Positions 8,583-19,746 of a DNA stretch of 64,000 bases are shown here, piece after piece. This DNA comes from Burkholderiales bacterium (GTDB lineage: Bacteria > Pseudomonadota > Gammaproteobacteria > Burkholderiales > JACQAP01). The stretch is from NCBI GenBank assembly GCA_046590325.1, contig JBKJUC010000107.1, positions 8,602-72,601 on the forward strand, in the 5' to 3' direction. The translations under genes were made by a program, and so were the position numbers. The notes beneath the pieces were generated by a model, which was given only the letters and a program-made list of their open reading frames with translations, was not told where the DNA came from and searched no databases. Each line of letters opens with the position of its first letter. Position 1 is the stretch's first letter.

Positions 8583-9374
8583 TCAGTTTTTCTCGATCAA
8601 GGCATACGCAGAATGGTTGTGGATCGACTCAAAATTCTCTGATTCAACCACGTAACCCTCGATGCGCTTGTCCTTGTTAAGGACGGTGGCTACGTCACGA
8701 ACCAGGTCCTCGACGAATTTCGGATTGTCGTAGGCGCGCTCAGTGACGTATTTCTCGTCAGGACGCTTGAGCAGGCCATAGAGTTCGCAGGAGGCCTGAT
8801 CTTCAGCCATACGCACGATTTCCTCGATCCACACATGCTCGCTGGTGCGCGCGGTGATGGTGACGTGGGATCGCTGGTTGTGCGCGCCGTAGTCCGAGAT
8901 CTTCTTCGAGCAGGGACACAGGCTGGTCACCGGCACCACGACTTTCATGGAAAAAGTGTACTCGCCCTTGCGTACTTCTCCGACGAACGTGATTTCGTAG
9001 TCGAGCAGACTTTTAACTCCGGAGACCGGCGCCGCCTTGTTGATGAAGTACGGAAAGGTCATCTCGATGTGGCCGAACTCGGCCTCGAGGCGCTTGACCA
9101 TGTCGCGCAGCATGCCCTCGAAGGACTCGACCGAGATTTCCCCTTCGCGGGAATTCAGAATCTCGACGAAGCGCGACATGTGTGTGCCCTTAAAGTTATG
9201 CGGCAGGCCCACGTACATATTGAAAGTGGCGATGGTGTGCTGCACGCCGCCGCTTTTGTCGGCGACGCGCACCGGGTGCCGGATGGCCTTGATCCCGACC
9301 TTGTCGATCGCGAGGTGGCGGGTATCCGCCGAGCTTTGCACGTCTGGTATGACAAAGCTGTCGGGGGAGTTCAT
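8583..9374 (-). CDS. folE2: GTP cyclohydrolase FolE2 (type IB)
   Basis: 263 aa with FolE2-typical length and motifs ([15 protein letters not shown]; SLCPCSK; GAHNQRS). Confidence 0.85.
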   Translation of the reverse strand: MNSPDSFVIPDVQSSADTRHLAIDKVGIKAIRHPVRVADKSGGVQHTIATFNMYVGLPHNFKGTHMSRFVEILNSREGEISVESFEGMLRDMVKRLEAEFGHIEMTFPYFINKAAPVSGVKSLLDYEITFVGEVRKGEYTFSMKVVVPVTSLCPCSKKISDYGAHNQRSHVTITARTSEHVWIEEIVRMAEDQASCELYGLLKRPDEKYVTERAYDNPKFVEDLVRDVATVLNKDKRIEGYVVESENFESIHNHSAYALIEKN

Positions 9375-9436
9375 TGAAGAATATTCCTTGAACAGGGTCA
9401 GGGATCGATTATAGACGGCCTCAATAGTTGAGTAAA

Positions 9437-11281
9437 CTACTCGGCTACTAGGGTTTTAATTGACGCATGGATGCCATCGGCGTCGAGCCCGCAGTTCTTC
9501 AGCAGTTTCACCGGATCGCCATGGTCGATGAACCGGTCCGGCAGGCCCAGTTGCAGAACTTTCTTGTTGATCCCCTCTTTTTCAAGAACTTCGAGTACCG
9601 CGCTGCCCGCGCCGCCGAGGATGGTGTTCTCCTCAACGGTAACCAGAAACTCGTGGCTGGCAGCCAGGTCCCGGATGAGATCCTCGTCCAGCGGTTTGAC
9701 GAAGCGCATGTTCGCGACCGTGGCATCCAGTTTCTCCGCGGAATCCAGACAGGACTTGAGGAGGGCACCGAACGACAGGATGGCAATGCGCTTGCCGTGA
9801 CGGCGGATTTCACCCTTGCCAATGGGCAAGGCTTGCATCCTGGTCTGCGCAACGACGCCCGGGCCCGCGCCGCGCGGGTAGCGCACCGCCACGGGGCTGT
9901 CGATCTGAAATCCGGTGTAGAGCATCTGGCGGCATTCATTTTCGTCGGCCGGCGCCATCACCATCATGTTCGGCAGGCAGCGCAGGTAGCTGAGGTCGAA
10001 ACTGCCGGCATGCGTGGGTCCGTCCGCGCCCACCAGGCCGGCACGATCGATGGCGAACAGCACCGGAAGGTTCTGGATACAGATGTCGTGGATCAGTTGG
10101 TCGTAAGCGCGCTGCAGAAATGTGGAGTAAATCGCGACGACGGGTTTGAAGCCCTCACAGGCGAGGCCCGCGGCGAAGGTCAGCGCATGCTGTTCGGCAA
10201 TGCCGACGTCGAAGTAACGGTCGGGATACTCCTGCGAGAACCTCACCAGGCCCGAGCCTTCGCGCATCGCGGGCGTGATGCCGATCAGGCGCGAATCCTG
10301 CGCGGCCATGTCGCACAGCCAGTCCCCGAAAATCTGGGTATATGCGGGCTTGCCCGCCGCCTTGGCGACGATGCCCGCCGCCGGATCGAATTTGGTTACG
10401 CCGTGGTAGAGGATCGGATCGTCCTCTGCGCGCTCATAGCCCTTGCCCTTGCGCGTCACAACGTGCAGGAATTGCGGGCCCTCGAGCTTTTTCAGGTTGC
10501 CCAGTGTCTGTACCAGCACATCGATGTTATGGCCGTCGATCGGCCCAATGTAATTGAAGCCGAATTCCTCGAACAGGGTGCCAGGCGTCACCATGCCTTT
10601 GACGTGCTCCTCGGCACGCTTGGCAAGTTCCAGGACGGGCGGCATCACGCCCAGCACCTTTTCGCCGGTCTTGCGCGCGGCGGCGTAAAAGCGACCGGAC
10701 ATGAGCTTTGCCAGGTAGTTGCTCAGCGCCCCGACATTTTCCGAAATGGACATGTCGTTGTCGTTAAGGACGACGAGCAGGTTTGCATCCATGGTGCCGG
10801 CGTTGTTGAGCGCTTCGAAGGCCATGCCGGCCGTCATCGCACCGTCGCCGATGATCGCGACGACGCGCCGTTCCTCCCCCTTGAGCCGCGCCGCCACAGC
10901 CATCCCCAGGGCTGCGCTGATCGAGGTGCTGGAATGGGCGGTGCCGAAGGTGTCGTATTCGCTTTCGACGCGGCGGGGAAAACCGGCAAGACCGTCGAGT
11001 TGACGCAGGGTCGACATCCGCTCGCGGCGCCCGGTAAGAACCTTGTGCGCGTAGGTCTGGTGGCCCACGTCCCAAACGAGCCGGTCTTGCGGCGTGTCGA
11101 ACACATAGTGCAGCGCCACCGTGAGCTCGACCGTTCCCAGGTTGGAGGACAGGTGGCCGCCAGTGCCGGAAACGGACTCGATCAGGTATTCACGCAGTTC
11201 CTGCGCGACCTCATGCAGTTGCTTGCGATCCAGCGCGCGAAGTTCGGCGGGAGAGTTTATTTTCTTGAGCAAGTTGTACAT
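9437..11281 (-). CDS. dxs: 1-deoxy-D-xylulose-5-phosphate synthase
   Basis: 614 aa with the ThDP motif [15 protein letters not shown]. The conserved xseB-ispA-dxs order supports the call. Confidence 0.95.
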   Translation of the reverse strand: MYNLLKKINSPAELRALDRKQLHEVAQELREYLIESVSGTGGHLSSNLGTVELTVALHYVFDTPQDRLVWDVGHQTYAHKVLTGRRERMSTLRQLDGLAGFPRRVESEYDTFGTAHSSTSISAALGMAVAARLKGEERRVVAIIGDGAMTAGMAFEALNNAGTMDANLLVVLNDNDMSISENVGALSNYLAKLMSGRFYAAARKTGEKVLGVMPPVLELAKRAEEHVKGMVTPGTLFEEFGFNYIGPIDGHNIDVLVQTLGNLKKLEGPQFLHVVTRKGKGYERAEDDPILYHGVTKFDPAAGIVAKAAGKPAYTQIFGDWLCDMAAQDSRLIGITPAMREGSGLVRFSQEYPDRYFDVGIAEQHALTFAAGLACEGFKPVVAIYSTFLQRAYDQLIHDICIQNLPVLFAIDRAGLVGADGPTHAGSFDLSYLRCLPNMMVMAPADENECRQMLYTGFQIDSPVAVRYPRGAGPGVVAQTRMQALPIGKGEIRRHGKRIAILSFGALLKSCLDSAEKLDATVANMRFVKPLDEDLIRDLAASHEFLVTVEENTILGGAGSAVLEVLEKEGINKKVLQLGLPDRFIDHGDPVKLLKNCGLDADGIHASIKTLVAE

Positions 11282-11348
11282 CTTCGGGTTTTACAGGGTT
11301 GGGGCATTTCGAGTGCAAGGCGCCCGGAAGCCGGGAATTTTCCCGCGC

Positions 11349-12251
11349 TCAGAATTTTCTCAGTACGACAAAATCGGCCAGTTCGCGCAGGTGGCCGCCC
11401 CCTTGGGGCAGGCTTGCAAGCGCCTGTAGCGCATCATCCCTCAATTCGCAGGCGAGTTCCCGGGCGCGACGCAGTCCCAGAGCGCTGACGTACGTGGGTT
11501 TGTTGCTGTCAGCGTCCTTGCCCGCCGTCTTGCCCAGTGTAGCGGTACTGGAATCGGCGTCGAGCACATCGTCGACGACCTGGAATGCCAGGCCGATGCA
11601 CTTGCTGAAGCGATCCAGCGAATCCAGTTGTGCGCCGCTCAATGCACTGCCGCAACGCGCGCCCAGCGCCACCGACGCGCGGATCAGGGCACCCGTCTTG
11701 TGGATGTGCATGAATTCGAGTTCGGGCACGGACAAAGATCCTCCCGTTGCCGCCAGGTCGATCGCCTGCCCGCCCGCCATTCCCCTTGATCCGCCGGCGC
11801 GAGCGAGCATGCCGATCATTTCCACCTGCCGCTGCGCATCGTCGGCGAGCCTGGTTTCGGCAATTACCTGGAAGGCCAGGCTCTGCAGGCTGTCGCCCAC
11901 GAGCAATGCCGTGGCCTCGTCGAACTCGATATGGACAGTGGGCTTGCCCCTGCGCAGTACATCGTTGTCCATGGCCGGCATGTCATCATGGACCAGAGAG
12001 TAGGCGTGGATCATTTCCACCGCCGCCGCCACCCGGTCCACGCGCTGCAGCTCCGCCCCGGCCAGTTCTCCCGCACCATATGCCAGCAGCGGACGTACCC
12101 GCTTGCCGCCACCCAGCACCGCGTAACGCATGGCCGCGTGCAGGCGCGAAGGGGCAAGCTCCGCGGCCGGCAGCAGAGCGTGCAGGGCTTGCTCGATGCG
12201 GGCCTGGCGGTCCAGCATCCAGCCCTGAAAATCACTCTGCGCTGTCGTCAC
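11349..12251 (-). CDS. ispA: farnesyl diphosphate synthase (polyprenyl synthetase)
   Basis: Carries both Asp-rich motifs, LVHDDMPAMD and FQVVDDVLD. The ORF-track start at 12416 is trimmed to GTG 12251; ATG 12218 is an alternative. Confidence 0.85.
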   Translation of the reverse strand: MTTAQSDFQGWMLDRQARIEQALHALLPAAELAPSRLHAAMRYAVLGGGKRVRPLLAYGAGELAGAELQRVDRVAAAVEMIHAYSLVHDDMPAMDNDVLRRGKPTVHIEFDEATALLVGDSLQSLAFQVIAETRLADDAQRQVEMIGMLARAGGSRGMAGGQAIDLAATGGSLSVPELEFMHIHKTGALIRASVALGARCGSALSGAQLDSLDRFSKCIGLAFQVVDDVLDADSSTATLGKTAGKDADSNKPTYVSALGLRRARELACELRDDALQALASLPQGGGHLRELADFVVLRKF

Positions 12252-12471
12252 TGGAAAAATTCTGCAAGGTGCCGGATTCCAGAATCTTGACCTGCTGCTG
12301 GGCGTCCCGGAGTTGAGCCTGGCAGTACTGAAGCAGTTCCGCCCCACGCTTGTAGGCCGCAAGGGATTGTTCGAGGGGTAGTTCGCCGCCTTCCATGGAT
12401 GCGACGATGCTTTCAATTTCTGCGAGCGCGGCCTCGAAGGACTGGGGTTTTTGCGGCTTCGTTTTGGTCAC
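12232..12471 (-). CDS. xseB: exodeoxyribonuclease VII small subunit
   Basis: 79 aa with the XseB pattern SFEAALAEIESIVASMEGGELPLEQSLAAYKRG. GTG start. Confidence 0.85.
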   Translation of the reverse strand: MTKTKPQKPQSFEAALAEIESIVASMEGGELPLEQSLAAYKRGAELLQYCQAQLRDAQQQVKILESGTLQNFSSDDSAE

Positions 12472-12648
12472 TTGGATTCAGCCCTGGGTCAAAGGCGGTT
12501 TCGGCCGCACGGAAAAGTTCGTAAAAATAGCCTATCCCCGGAACCCGGGTCAACGAATGGGGTCCGATCCCGTTAGAAATCATGAGGATCAACCGTGCCA
12601 AATGCGTTGCGCGGGGTAGGGTTTTAAGGGAAAATCGACTATGGAAAT

Positions 12649-12687
12649 CCGCCCTGTATCATGCGATAAGCTGGGGGCGGTTTTTTT
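12649..12687 (+). terminator. terminator-like hairpin plus T7 tract in the leader of the Rieske oxygenase gene (candidate attenuator)
   Basis: ccgccc (12649-12654) pairs with gggcgg (12675-12680). An inner stem tatc/gata lies between them, and T7 follows at 12681-12687. There is no upstream plus-strand gene. Confidence 0.4.
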
Positions 12688-12718
12688 ATTATTGTTTGCC
12701 TTGCAGGGATAAGCTGGT

Positions 12719-13822
12719 ATGACAGATCTGGCTAATGTTTCTGCTCTGACGAGAACGCCGGTGCAGATGCCGGTCGATTGGTACTTCGATCCGCGCATCG
12801 CGGCGATAGAGCAGAAGGTACTGTTCGAGAAGGGGCCGGGCTACGTGGGTCACGAATTGATGGTTCCGGATGTCGGCAACTATCGCAGCCTGGAGTGGAT
12901 GAACCATGCCAAGACGCTAGTCCACAACCGGAACGGCGTGGAACTGCTGTCGAATGTCTGCCGCCACCGGCAGTCGATCATGCTCAAGGGCAGCGGGCAT
13001 GCCCACAACATCGTGTGCCCCCTGCACCGCTGGACCTACGACATGTCCGGCAAGCTGCTCGGCGCGCCGCATTTTCCGGGAAACCCCTGCCTTGACCTTG
13101 GCAAGACGCCGTTGAAATCCTGGAACGGACTCCTGTTCTCGGGTCCCCGCAATCCAAATGTGGACTTCGCGAAACTGGGTGTGCTCGCGGATCTCGATTT
13201 TTCCGGCTACATGCTGGATCGCACGACCATCGAGGAATACGCGGTCAACTGGAAGACTTTCATCGAGGTATACCTCGAGGATTATCACGTTATTCCGTTT
13301 CATCCTGGACTCGGCCAGTTCGTCAACACCGACGACCTCAAGTGGGAGTTCGGCGAGTGGTACAGCGTGCAGACAGTGGGCATCTATCAGGCGCTCGGCA
13401 CGCCAGGCACGGCGGCCTACCAGAAGTGGCAGGAAGCCGTCCTGCGCCACAACAACGGACAGATGCCGAAGCAGGGCGCGATCTGGCTGACGTACTATCC
13501 AAATGTAATGGTCGAGTGGTACCCCAACGTTCTGGTCATCAGCACCATCGTGCCGCGCGGTCCGGAGCGCTGCGCCAATGTCGTCGAGTTCTACTATCCG
13601 GAAGACATCGTCCTGTTCGAACGCGAATTCATCGAAGCCGAACAGGCCGCGTATGCGGAAACCGCCGGGGAAGACGAGGAAATCTGCGTGCGCATGACCG
13701 AGGGACGCCGCGCCCTCTATCTGCAGGGCAAGGACGAGTCCGGCCCCTACCAGTCGCCGATGGAAGACGGCATGATCCATTTCCACGAGTTCCTTCGCTC
13801 GCACATCGATCCGCATCTCTGA
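12719..13822 (+). CDS. Rieske [2Fe-2S] aromatic-ring-hydroxylating oxygenase alpha-subunit-like protein
   Basis: 367 aa with the Rieske motif CRHRQ...CPLHRW. Confidence 0.8.
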   Translation: MTDLANVSALTRTPVQMPVDWYFDPRIAAIEQKVLFEKGPGYVGHELMVPDVGNYRSLEWMNHAKTLVHNRNGVELLSNVCRHRQSIMLKGSGHAHNIVCPLHRWTYDMSGKLLGAPHFPGNPCLDLGKTPLKSWNGLLFSGPRNPNVDFAKLGVLADLDFSGYMLDRTTIEEYAVNWKTFIEVYLEDYHVIPFHPGLGQFVNTDDLKWEFGEWYSVQTVGIYQALGTPGTAAYQKWQEAVLRHNNGQMPKQGAIWLTYYPNVMVEWYPNVLVISTIVPRGPERCANVVEFYYPEDIVLFEREFIEAEQAAYAETAGEDEEICVRMTEGRRALYLQGKDESGPYQSPMEDGMIHFHEFLRSHIDPHL

Positions 13823-13840
13823 TCAGCGTCGCGCGCCAAC

Positions 13841-13870
13841 AAAGCCCCGGCCGCCGGGGCTTGGTTTTTT
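13841..13870 (+). terminator. rho-independent terminator
   Basis: Hairpin gccccgg-ccg-ccggggc followed by ttggtttttt. Confidence 0.75.
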
Positions 13871-13930
13871 GCGGCGTGCGCCCGCGTCGCTTAATATAGG
13901 CAGAATCAGGAACCCTCCAAACGAAACGCC

Positions 13931-14770
13931 ATGGACTACACCACGCTCATCTCCGTCGCCGAACTGGCGAAACACCTCAACGATCCGGAAGTGGTGGTTT
14001 TCGATTGCCGCCACGAACTGACCAATGCGGATTTCGGACCGAAGGCATACGCGGAGTCACACATCCCCGGTGCGCGCTTCGCCAACATCGACAAGAACCT
14101 CTCCGGCCCGCTGACAGGAAAGAACGGCAGGCATCCTCTGCCCGATGCGGGTAGTTTCATGGAGTGGCTCGGAGGCCTGGGCGTGTCGAATGCATCGCAA
14201 GTGGTCGGATACGATCACGCGGGCGGCCCCTACGGCGCGAGGTTGTGGTGGCTGATGCGCTGGCTCGGGCATTCCCGGGTGGCGGTACTCGACGGTGGCT
14301 GGCAAGCGTGGAATGCGGCCGGGCAGCCGGTCACGAAGGATGTGCTGGCGCCGAAGCCGGCAAAATTCTCGGGCAAACCAGACCATTCTCGGGTCGATGC
14401 ACAATATGTGTCCCAACGCCTCAAAACGGCGGACATGGTCCTGATCGACGCGCGCGCCAACGACCGCTTTCACGGCCAGAACGAGACCATCGATCCGGTC
14501 GCCGGCCACATTCCCGGCGCGCTCAACCGCTTTTTCAAGGACAACCTGGACACCAAGGGCCAGTTCAAGTCACCCGAGGAATTGCGCGCTGCGTTCAACC
14601 CGTTGATCGGCAGCACGCCCGCCGAAAAAGTCATTCACCAGTGCGGCTCGGGCATTACCGCCTGCCACAACCTGCTTGCAATGGAAGTCGCGGGCATCAA
14701 GGGAACGCGGCTGTACTCGGGCTCGTGGAGCGAGTGGATCGCGGATCCCTCGCGCCCCGTCGCCAAATAG
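13931..14770 (+). CDS. rhodanese-type sulfurtransferase (thiosulfate/3-mercaptopyruvate), two rhodanese domains
   Basis: 279 aa with the active-site loop CGSGITAC in the C-terminal domain. Confidence 0.85.
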   Translation: MDYTTLISVAELAKHLNDPEVVVFDCRHELTNADFGPKAYAESHIPGARFANIDKNLSGPLTGKNGRHPLPDAGSFMEWLGGLGVSNASQVVGYDHAGGPYGARLWWLMRWLGHSRVAVLDGGWQAWNAAGQPVTKDVLAPKPAKFSGKPDHSRVDAQYVSQRLKTADMVLIDARANDRFHGQNETIDPVAGHIPGALNRFFKDNLDTKGQFKSPEELRAAFNPLIGSTPAEKVIHQCGSGITACHNLLAMEVAGIKGTRLYSGSWSEWIADPSRPVAK

Positions 14771-14786
14771 GCAGTAACGCAGGCCG

Positions 14787-15164
14787 ATGGCCTGGATCGC
14801 AAACGGCGTCCTCATTGTCCACGCGCTGTTCGTGGCGTTTGTCGTCGGCGGACTCGCGTTTGTATGGCTGGGCACGTGGCGCGGCTGGGTCGCCGCGCGT
14901 AATTTTCGCTTTCGTGTGCTTCATCTCGCAGCAATCCTCTTTGTCACGCTGGAATCCCTGGCCGGCATCGCCTGCCCGCTGACCGTCTGGGAAGACTCGC
15001 TGCGGGGCGGAAACGCAAACGGAGACTTCCTCGCGCGTTGGCTGCATCAGTTGCTGTATTACGATTTCCCCGCCTGGGCATTCATCCTCGTCTATGTGCT
15101 GTTCGCCCTGGCCGCAATCCTCACGTTCCTGCTCATCCCGCCGCGAAAGCCATCGTCGAAATGA
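14787..15164 (+). CDS. small integral membrane protein, DUF2784-like
   Basis: 125 aa with 3-4 TM segments and the motif LESLAGIACPLTVWE. Confidence 0.65.
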   Translation: MAWIANGVLIVHALFVAFVVGGLAFVWLGTWRGWVAARNFRFRVLHLAAILFVTLESLAGIACPLTVWEDSLRGGNANGDFLARWLHQLLYYDFPAWAFILVYVLFALAAILTFLLIPPRKPSSK

Positions 15165-15207
15165 AGCGAGCGGCCAAAGCCGCTCGTTGTCCTCAGGTCA
15201 TGCCGCG

Positions 15208-16479
15208 TCAGGCAAGCATATCGGCCCAAATGTTGCGGCCCCACGCCTCCGCATACTGACCTTCGAGTTCGCTTGCCGCTGCCGAAACTCCGCTGGCGCC
15301 CTGCACGATCTCCATGGTCTTTTTCTCCGCGTTGTAAGCGTGCACCGAAGCGACATGAATGACGTCCTTGTCGCTCACGAAGCTGTAGCAGGTGTTCGTC
15401 ACCAGCGGCTGCGTACTCGCCTGCTCGCCATGCAGCAAGGCCACTATCGCGGCCGCGCAAACCTTGGCGTGCTGGTTTGCCATGTGCCCGGACTTGGGCA
15501 TCTGCGGGGCGGCCATGATCGAGTCTCCCAGAACGTGGACATTTTTCACCACCAGGGACTCGTAGGTAAGGAAATCGACGCCGCACCAGCGATTGTTGGC
15601 ATTGATGAGTCCGGCCTGCAGCGCGATCTTGCCGGCTCGTTGCGGTGGCACGACATTGAGCACATCCGCCTTGACGTCCTCGAAGGAGAGTTTCGCCGTC
15701 AAGGTTCCAGCGTCCACTTCGGTGAGTTCACTGTTCGGCCGATACTCGACGATGCCGGCATAGCGGTCGGCCCACGCCTTGGTGAACAATCCCTTCTTCG
15801 ATACGACGTCTTCGTTCGCGTCGAGGATCAGCACCTTCGATCTGGGCTTATGGTTCTTGAAATACCAGGCCACCTGGCAGGCCCGCTCATAAGGTCCCGG
15901 CGGACAGCGATAAGGCGCCTTGGGAATGGTAATGGCATAGACGCCGCCATCGGGCATCGCCTCAAGCTGCTTGCGCAGCGCGACGGTCTGCGGCCCTGCC
16001 TTCCAGGCATGGAGGATCCGGTCTGATCCAGCGGCCAGGCCCGGCACCTCTTTGGGAAGGAGATCCACTCCGGGTGCCACGACCAAACGATCGTATTTCA
16101 GTGTGGCGCCGCCGGCGAGCTTCACTTCCTGCTTTTCCGCATCGATAGCCACGGCCTCGTCACGAATCAGCCTGATTCCGTGCTTCGCCTGCAGCTTGCC
16201 GTAGTCCCGGGTCAGCTCCTTCAACTGCATAACGCCAGCAAGGACGCGATTGGATAACGGACAGGAGATGAATTCCTCATCACGTTCGACCAGCGTGACC
16301 TGGATATCGGGACCCCACAAGCGGATGTACTTGGCGGCCGTCGCCCCGGCGAATCCACCGCCGATCACCACCACCCTCCCGGCAGTCTTCGTGGTCGTCG
16401 CAGTTGCGCAGCCAATGCCGCCCGCCATCGTGACCGATGCGGACAACCACTTCATGAATTCTCTGCGAGATAAAGTCAT
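15208..16479 (-). CDS. fccB: flavocytochrome c sulfide dehydrogenase, flavoprotein subunit
   Basis: 423 aa with the Tat signal SRREFMK and the FAD fold VVVIGGGFAGATAAK. It is paired with an upstream small cytochrome c. Confidence 0.85.
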   Translation of the reverse strand: MTLSRREFMKWLSASVTMAGGIGCATATTTKTAGRVVVIGGGFAGATAAKYIRLWGPDIQVTLVERDEEFISCPLSNRVLAGVMQLKELTRDYGKLQAKHGIRLIRDEAVAIDAEKQEVKLAGGATLKYDRLVVAPGVDLLPKEVPGLAAGSDRILHAWKAGPQTVALRKQLEAMPDGGVYAITIPKAPYRCPPGPYERACQVAWYFKNHKPRSKVLILDANEDVVSKKGLFTKAWADRYAGIVEYRPNSELTEVDAGTLTAKLSFEDVKADVLNVVPPQRAGKIALQAGLINANNRWCGVDFLTYESLVVKNVHVLGDSIMAAPQMPKSGHMANQHAKVCAAAIVALLHGEQASTQPLVTNTCYSFVSDKDVIHVASVHAYNAEKKTMEIVQGASGVSAAASELEGQYAEAWGRNIWADMLA

Positions 16480-16494
16480 GTTCGCCGCCTCCGT

Positions 16495-16806
16495 TCAATC
16501 CAGCTTTTGCGCGGCGAAGAATTCCGCGATGCGTTCGATCTGTTCGTCGGTATAGCCCTTGGCGTGCTGGTGCATGACCGTTGCCTGACGCGTTCCCGCC
16601 TTGAATTCACGCATGGCGTTTAAGATGTACGCTTTCTGCAAGCCGGCTAGGCCAGGCATCCCGCCTTCGCTATGCCCGTCGGTTCCGTGGCAGCCGGTAC
16701 AGGTCGCCGCCCAGCTGCGACCGTTGACGTTTTCGGCTGTCGATGCGGGTACCGCTGTCCCGGCAAGCAACGCCAGCAAGATGCCTGAAATTATCCCGCC
16801 TCGCAT
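16495..16806 (-). CDS. fccA: monoheme c-type cytochrome (FccA/SoxE-like partner of FccB)
   Basis: Signal peptide and heme motif CTGCHG. Start trimmed to ATG 16806, which follows the RBS GGGAGG. Confidence 0.75.
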   Translation of the reverse strand: MRGGIISGILLALLAGTAVPASTAENVNGRSWAATCTGCHGTDGHSEGGMPGLAGLQKAYILNAMREFKAGTRQATVMHQHAKGYTDEQIERIAEFFAAQKLD

Positions 16807-16963
16807 TGTTCCTCCCAGTATCAATGTTGTCTATGCGACAACACTACGCGCAGCGATCCCGGCCCGCAAGCTTGCCCCGGCATGAATTTATTGACGAGGA
16901 GGTGTGACCTCAAGCCTTGCGCATCACAACTGACTGATCCGTCATTGTCAAAAACAGCGGGCG

Positions 16964-16993
16964 AAAAAAAACCGGACCCAAAGGTCCGGTTTT
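16964..16993 (-). terminator. rho-independent terminator downstream of clpA
   Basis: Hairpin accggacc-caaa-ggtccggt, flanked by A8 on the plus strand, which reads as T8 on the minus strand. Confidence 0.75.
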
Positions 16994-17010
16994 CACAGAT
17001 CAAGCCGTGC

Positions 17011-19290
17011 TCAGACTACGGTTTCTTCCTTCACCTCGTTCTTGGCTGCCTGGTCGAACGTCAGCTTGGTCTTGCCGTCGGCATCGACGTCCACGGTCAC
17101 TTTGCCGCCACCGACCAGGCGGCCGAACAGCAGCTCGTCCGCCAGGGCGGTGCGTATGGTGTCCTGGATGAGGCGCGACATCGGCCGCGCACCCATCAGC
17201 GGATCGAAGCCGTTTTTGGCCAGATACGTTTTCAGGGTTTCGGTGAAAGCGACCTCCACTTTCTTCTCGTGCAGTTGTTCCTCCAGTTGCATCAGGAACT
17301 TGTCCACCACACGCAGGATGACCTCGTAAGAAAGCGCCGCAAACGATATCGAGGCATCCAGTCGGTTGCGGAATTCCGGCGTGAAGGTGCGCTTGATCTC
17401 GGCCATTTCATCGCCAGTTACCCGCTGTTGGGTGAAGCCCATAGTTGTTTTCGACAGTTCCGCCGCACCCGCATTGGTGGTCATGATAATCACCGTATTG
17501 CGGAAATCCGCCTTGCGGCCGTTGTTGTCGGTCAGCGTGCCGTGGTCCATGACTTGCAGCAGGATATTGAAGATGTCCGGATGCGCCTTCTCGATTTCAT
17601 CGAGCAGCAGTACCGAATACGGATGCTTGGTGATCGCCTCGGTCAGCAGGCCGCCCTGGTCGAAACCGACATAGCCGGGAGGCGCGCCGATCAGGCGCGA
17701 CACTGCGTGGCGCTCCATGTACTCGGACATGTCGAAACGGATCAGTTCCACGCCCATGCTGTAAGCCAGCTGGCGCGCCACCTCGGTCTTGCCGACTCCT
17801 GTGGGCCCGCTGAACAGGAAGCAACCGGTGGGTTTTTGTGGATTCCCCAGGCCGCTGCGCGACATCTTGATCGAAGCCGCGAGCGCGTCGATCGCCTTGT
17901 CCTGCCCGAACACGACCGCCTTCAGGTCGCGATCCAGCGTCTGCAGCTTGGTGCGGTCAGTGGAAGACACGCTCTGCGCCGGGACGCGCGCGATCTTGGC
18001 GATGATTTCCTCGATCTCGTGCTTGCTGATCACCCGCTTTTGCTTGGATTTAGGCAGGATGCGCTGGGCAGCGCCCGCCTCGTCAATCACGTCGATCGCC
18101 TTGTCAGGCAGGTGGCGGTCGTTGATGAAGCGCGCGGACAACTCCGCAGCAGAAGTCAGCGCCGAAGCTGTGTATTTCACGCCGTGGTGGGCTTCGAAAC
18201 GCGTCTTCAGGCCGCGAAGAATTTCGATCGTTTCAGCAACGGACGGCTCGGTCACGTCGATCTTCTGGAAGCGGCGCGACAGGGCATGGTCCTTCTCGAA
18301 AATCCCGCGGTACTCGGTATAGGTGGTCGCGCCGATGCACTTCAGGCTGCCTGACGAGAGCGCCGGCTTGAGCAGGTTGGAAGCATCCAGCGTCCCGCCG
18401 GATGCCGCTCCCGCGCCGATCAGCGTGTGGATTTCGTCGATGAACAGGATGGCGTTCGGGTTGTCCGTGAGCTGCTTGAGCACTGCCTTCAGGCGCTGCT
18501 CGAAATCCCCCCGGTACTTGGTGCCCGCCAGCAAGGCGCCCATGTCCAGTGCGTAGACCTGGCAGCGCGACAGGATCTCCGGCACGTTGCCTTCTATCAC
18601 GCGGCGCGCCAGGCCTTCTGCGATGGCGGTCTTGCCGACACCGGCTTCGCCAACCAGCAGGGGATTGTTCTTGCGGCGGCGGCACAGGGTCTGAATAACG
18701 CGTTCCAGCTCGCGCTCGCGCCCGATCAGGGGGTCGATCTTGCCGGAGATCGCCAGCGCATTGAGGTTCATCGTATAGCTTTCCAGGGCTCCGCCAGCGG
18801 CCTGCTCCTGCTCGGAGTCGGCGTCTGCTTCCTGATGCTGCTTGGCGGGCGCAGCCTGGGGCACCTTGGTGATTCCATGGGAAATGAAATTCACCACATC
18901 GAGGCGTGTCACGCCCTTCTGGTGCAGGAAGTAGACGGCGTGGGAATCTTTCTCGCCGAATATGGCCACCAGCACATTGGCACCCGTTACTTCCTTCTTG
19001 CCGGATGACTGCACGTGCAGGATGGCGCGCTGGATCACGCGCTGGAAACCCAGCGTGGGCTGAGTGTCGACTTCCTCGCCGCTCACCACCGGGGTGTGCT
19101 CGTTGATGAAGTCGTTCAGGAGCTTACGGAGCTCTTCAACGTTCGCGGCGCAAGCGCGCAGGACCTCGGCCGCCGAGGGGTTGTCCAGCATGGCGAGCAG
19201 CAAATGCTCCACGGTGATGAACTCGTGGCGCTTCTGCCGGGCTTCCATGAACGCCATATGCAGACTGACTTCTAACTCCTGCGCAATCAT
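17011..19290 (-). CDS. clpA: ATP-dependent Clp protease ATP-binding subunit ClpA
   Basis: Two AAA+ modules with Walker A motifs GEAGVGKT and GPTGVGKT. The family-typical N-terminus [14 protein letters not shown] gives ATG 19290, which overlaps the clpS stop as ATGA. Confidence 0.95.
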   Translation of the reverse strand: MIAQELEVSLHMAFMEARQKRHEFITVEHLLLAMLDNPSAAEVLRACAANVEELRKLLNDFINEHTPVVSGEEVDTQPTLGFQRVIQRAILHVQSSGKKEVTGANVLVAIFGEKDSHAVYFLHQKGVTRLDVVNFISHGITKVPQAAPAKQHQEADADSEQEQAAGGALESYTMNLNALAISGKIDPLIGRERELERVIQTLCRRRKNNPLLVGEAGVGKTAIAEGLARRVIEGNVPEILSRCQVYALDMGALLAGTKYRGDFEQRLKAVLKQLTDNPNAILFIDEIHTLIGAGAASGGTLDASNLLKPALSSGSLKCIGATTYTEYRGIFEKDHALSRRFQKIDVTEPSVAETIEILRGLKTRFEAHHGVKYTASALTSAAELSARFINDRHLPDKAIDVIDEAGAAQRILPKSKQKRVISKHEIEEIIAKIARVPAQSVSSTDRTKLQTLDRDLKAVVFGQDKAIDALAASIKMSRSGLGNPQKPTGCFLFSGPTGVGKTEVARQLAYSMGVELIRFDMSEYMERHAVSRLIGAPPGYVGFDQGGLLTEAITKHPYSVLLLDEIEKAHPDIFNILLQVMDHGTLTDNNGRKADFRNTVIIMTTNAGAAELSKTTMGFTQQRVTGDEMAEIKRTFTPEFRNRLDASISFAALSYEVILRVVDKFLMQLEEQLHEKKVEVAFTETLKTYLAKNGFDPLMGARPMSRLIQDTIRTALADELLFGRLVGGGKVTVDVDADGKTKLTFDQAAKNEVKEETVV

Positions 19291-19616
19291 GTTTCCTCCA
19301 TCACGCATTGAAGCGGATGCTGATACTGCTTTGCAAACGCGGTGACCTGGTCAACCTTGGTCGCGGCGACGTCGCGTGGATACACGCCGCAGACCCCCAT
19401 GCCCTCCTTGTGAACTTTGAGCATGATCTGCGTCGCCTGTTCTCGTGTCATTGAAAAAAAGGTCTGGAGGACGGAAACAACGAAGTCCATGGGTGTGTAA
19501 TCGTCGTTCAGCAGCAAGACCTTGAACAAAGGTGGAGGTTTTACCTTGCTTTTTTCGGCCTCCAAAAGCGTGCCGTCGCGAGTTCCTGATGCCATGCCTG
19601 AGTGTCTCGCTTCCAC
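19287..19616 (-). CDS. clpS: ClpS adaptor protein
   Basis: 109 aa with the ClpS core [21 protein letters not shown]-like sequence ([17 protein letters not shown]). Confidence 0.9.
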   Translation of the reverse strand: MEARHSGMASGTRDGTLLEAEKSKVKPPPLFKVLLLNDDYTPMDFVVSVLQTFFSMTREQATQIMLKVHKEGMGVCGVYPRDVAATKVDQVTAFAKQYQHPLQCVMEET

Positions 19617-19746
19617 TAGCCCTTGCTCAAGGTCTAATTTTGCGGATAACGGCGAAAATTACAAGTACCAGACCAACCTTTTCGCAGACCGCCGCCGATG
19701 CCTTAAAACCGCGTTGCAACAAATGCTTGCGACCATCTGAGCGTGC

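Noticed and set aside
9467-11488. A 673-aa plus-strand ORF. Similar long ORFs include 49844-52390 (848 aa), 16882-18354, 1255-2277, 41423-42226, 28573-29523 and 33041-34072.
   Set aside because: All lie antisense or out of frame to strongly supported genes (dxs, xdhC/iorB, clpA, transporter, secD and others). They have Arg/Ala/Gly/His-rich composition typical of shadow ORFs in high-GC DNA, and no recognisable motifs or RBS.
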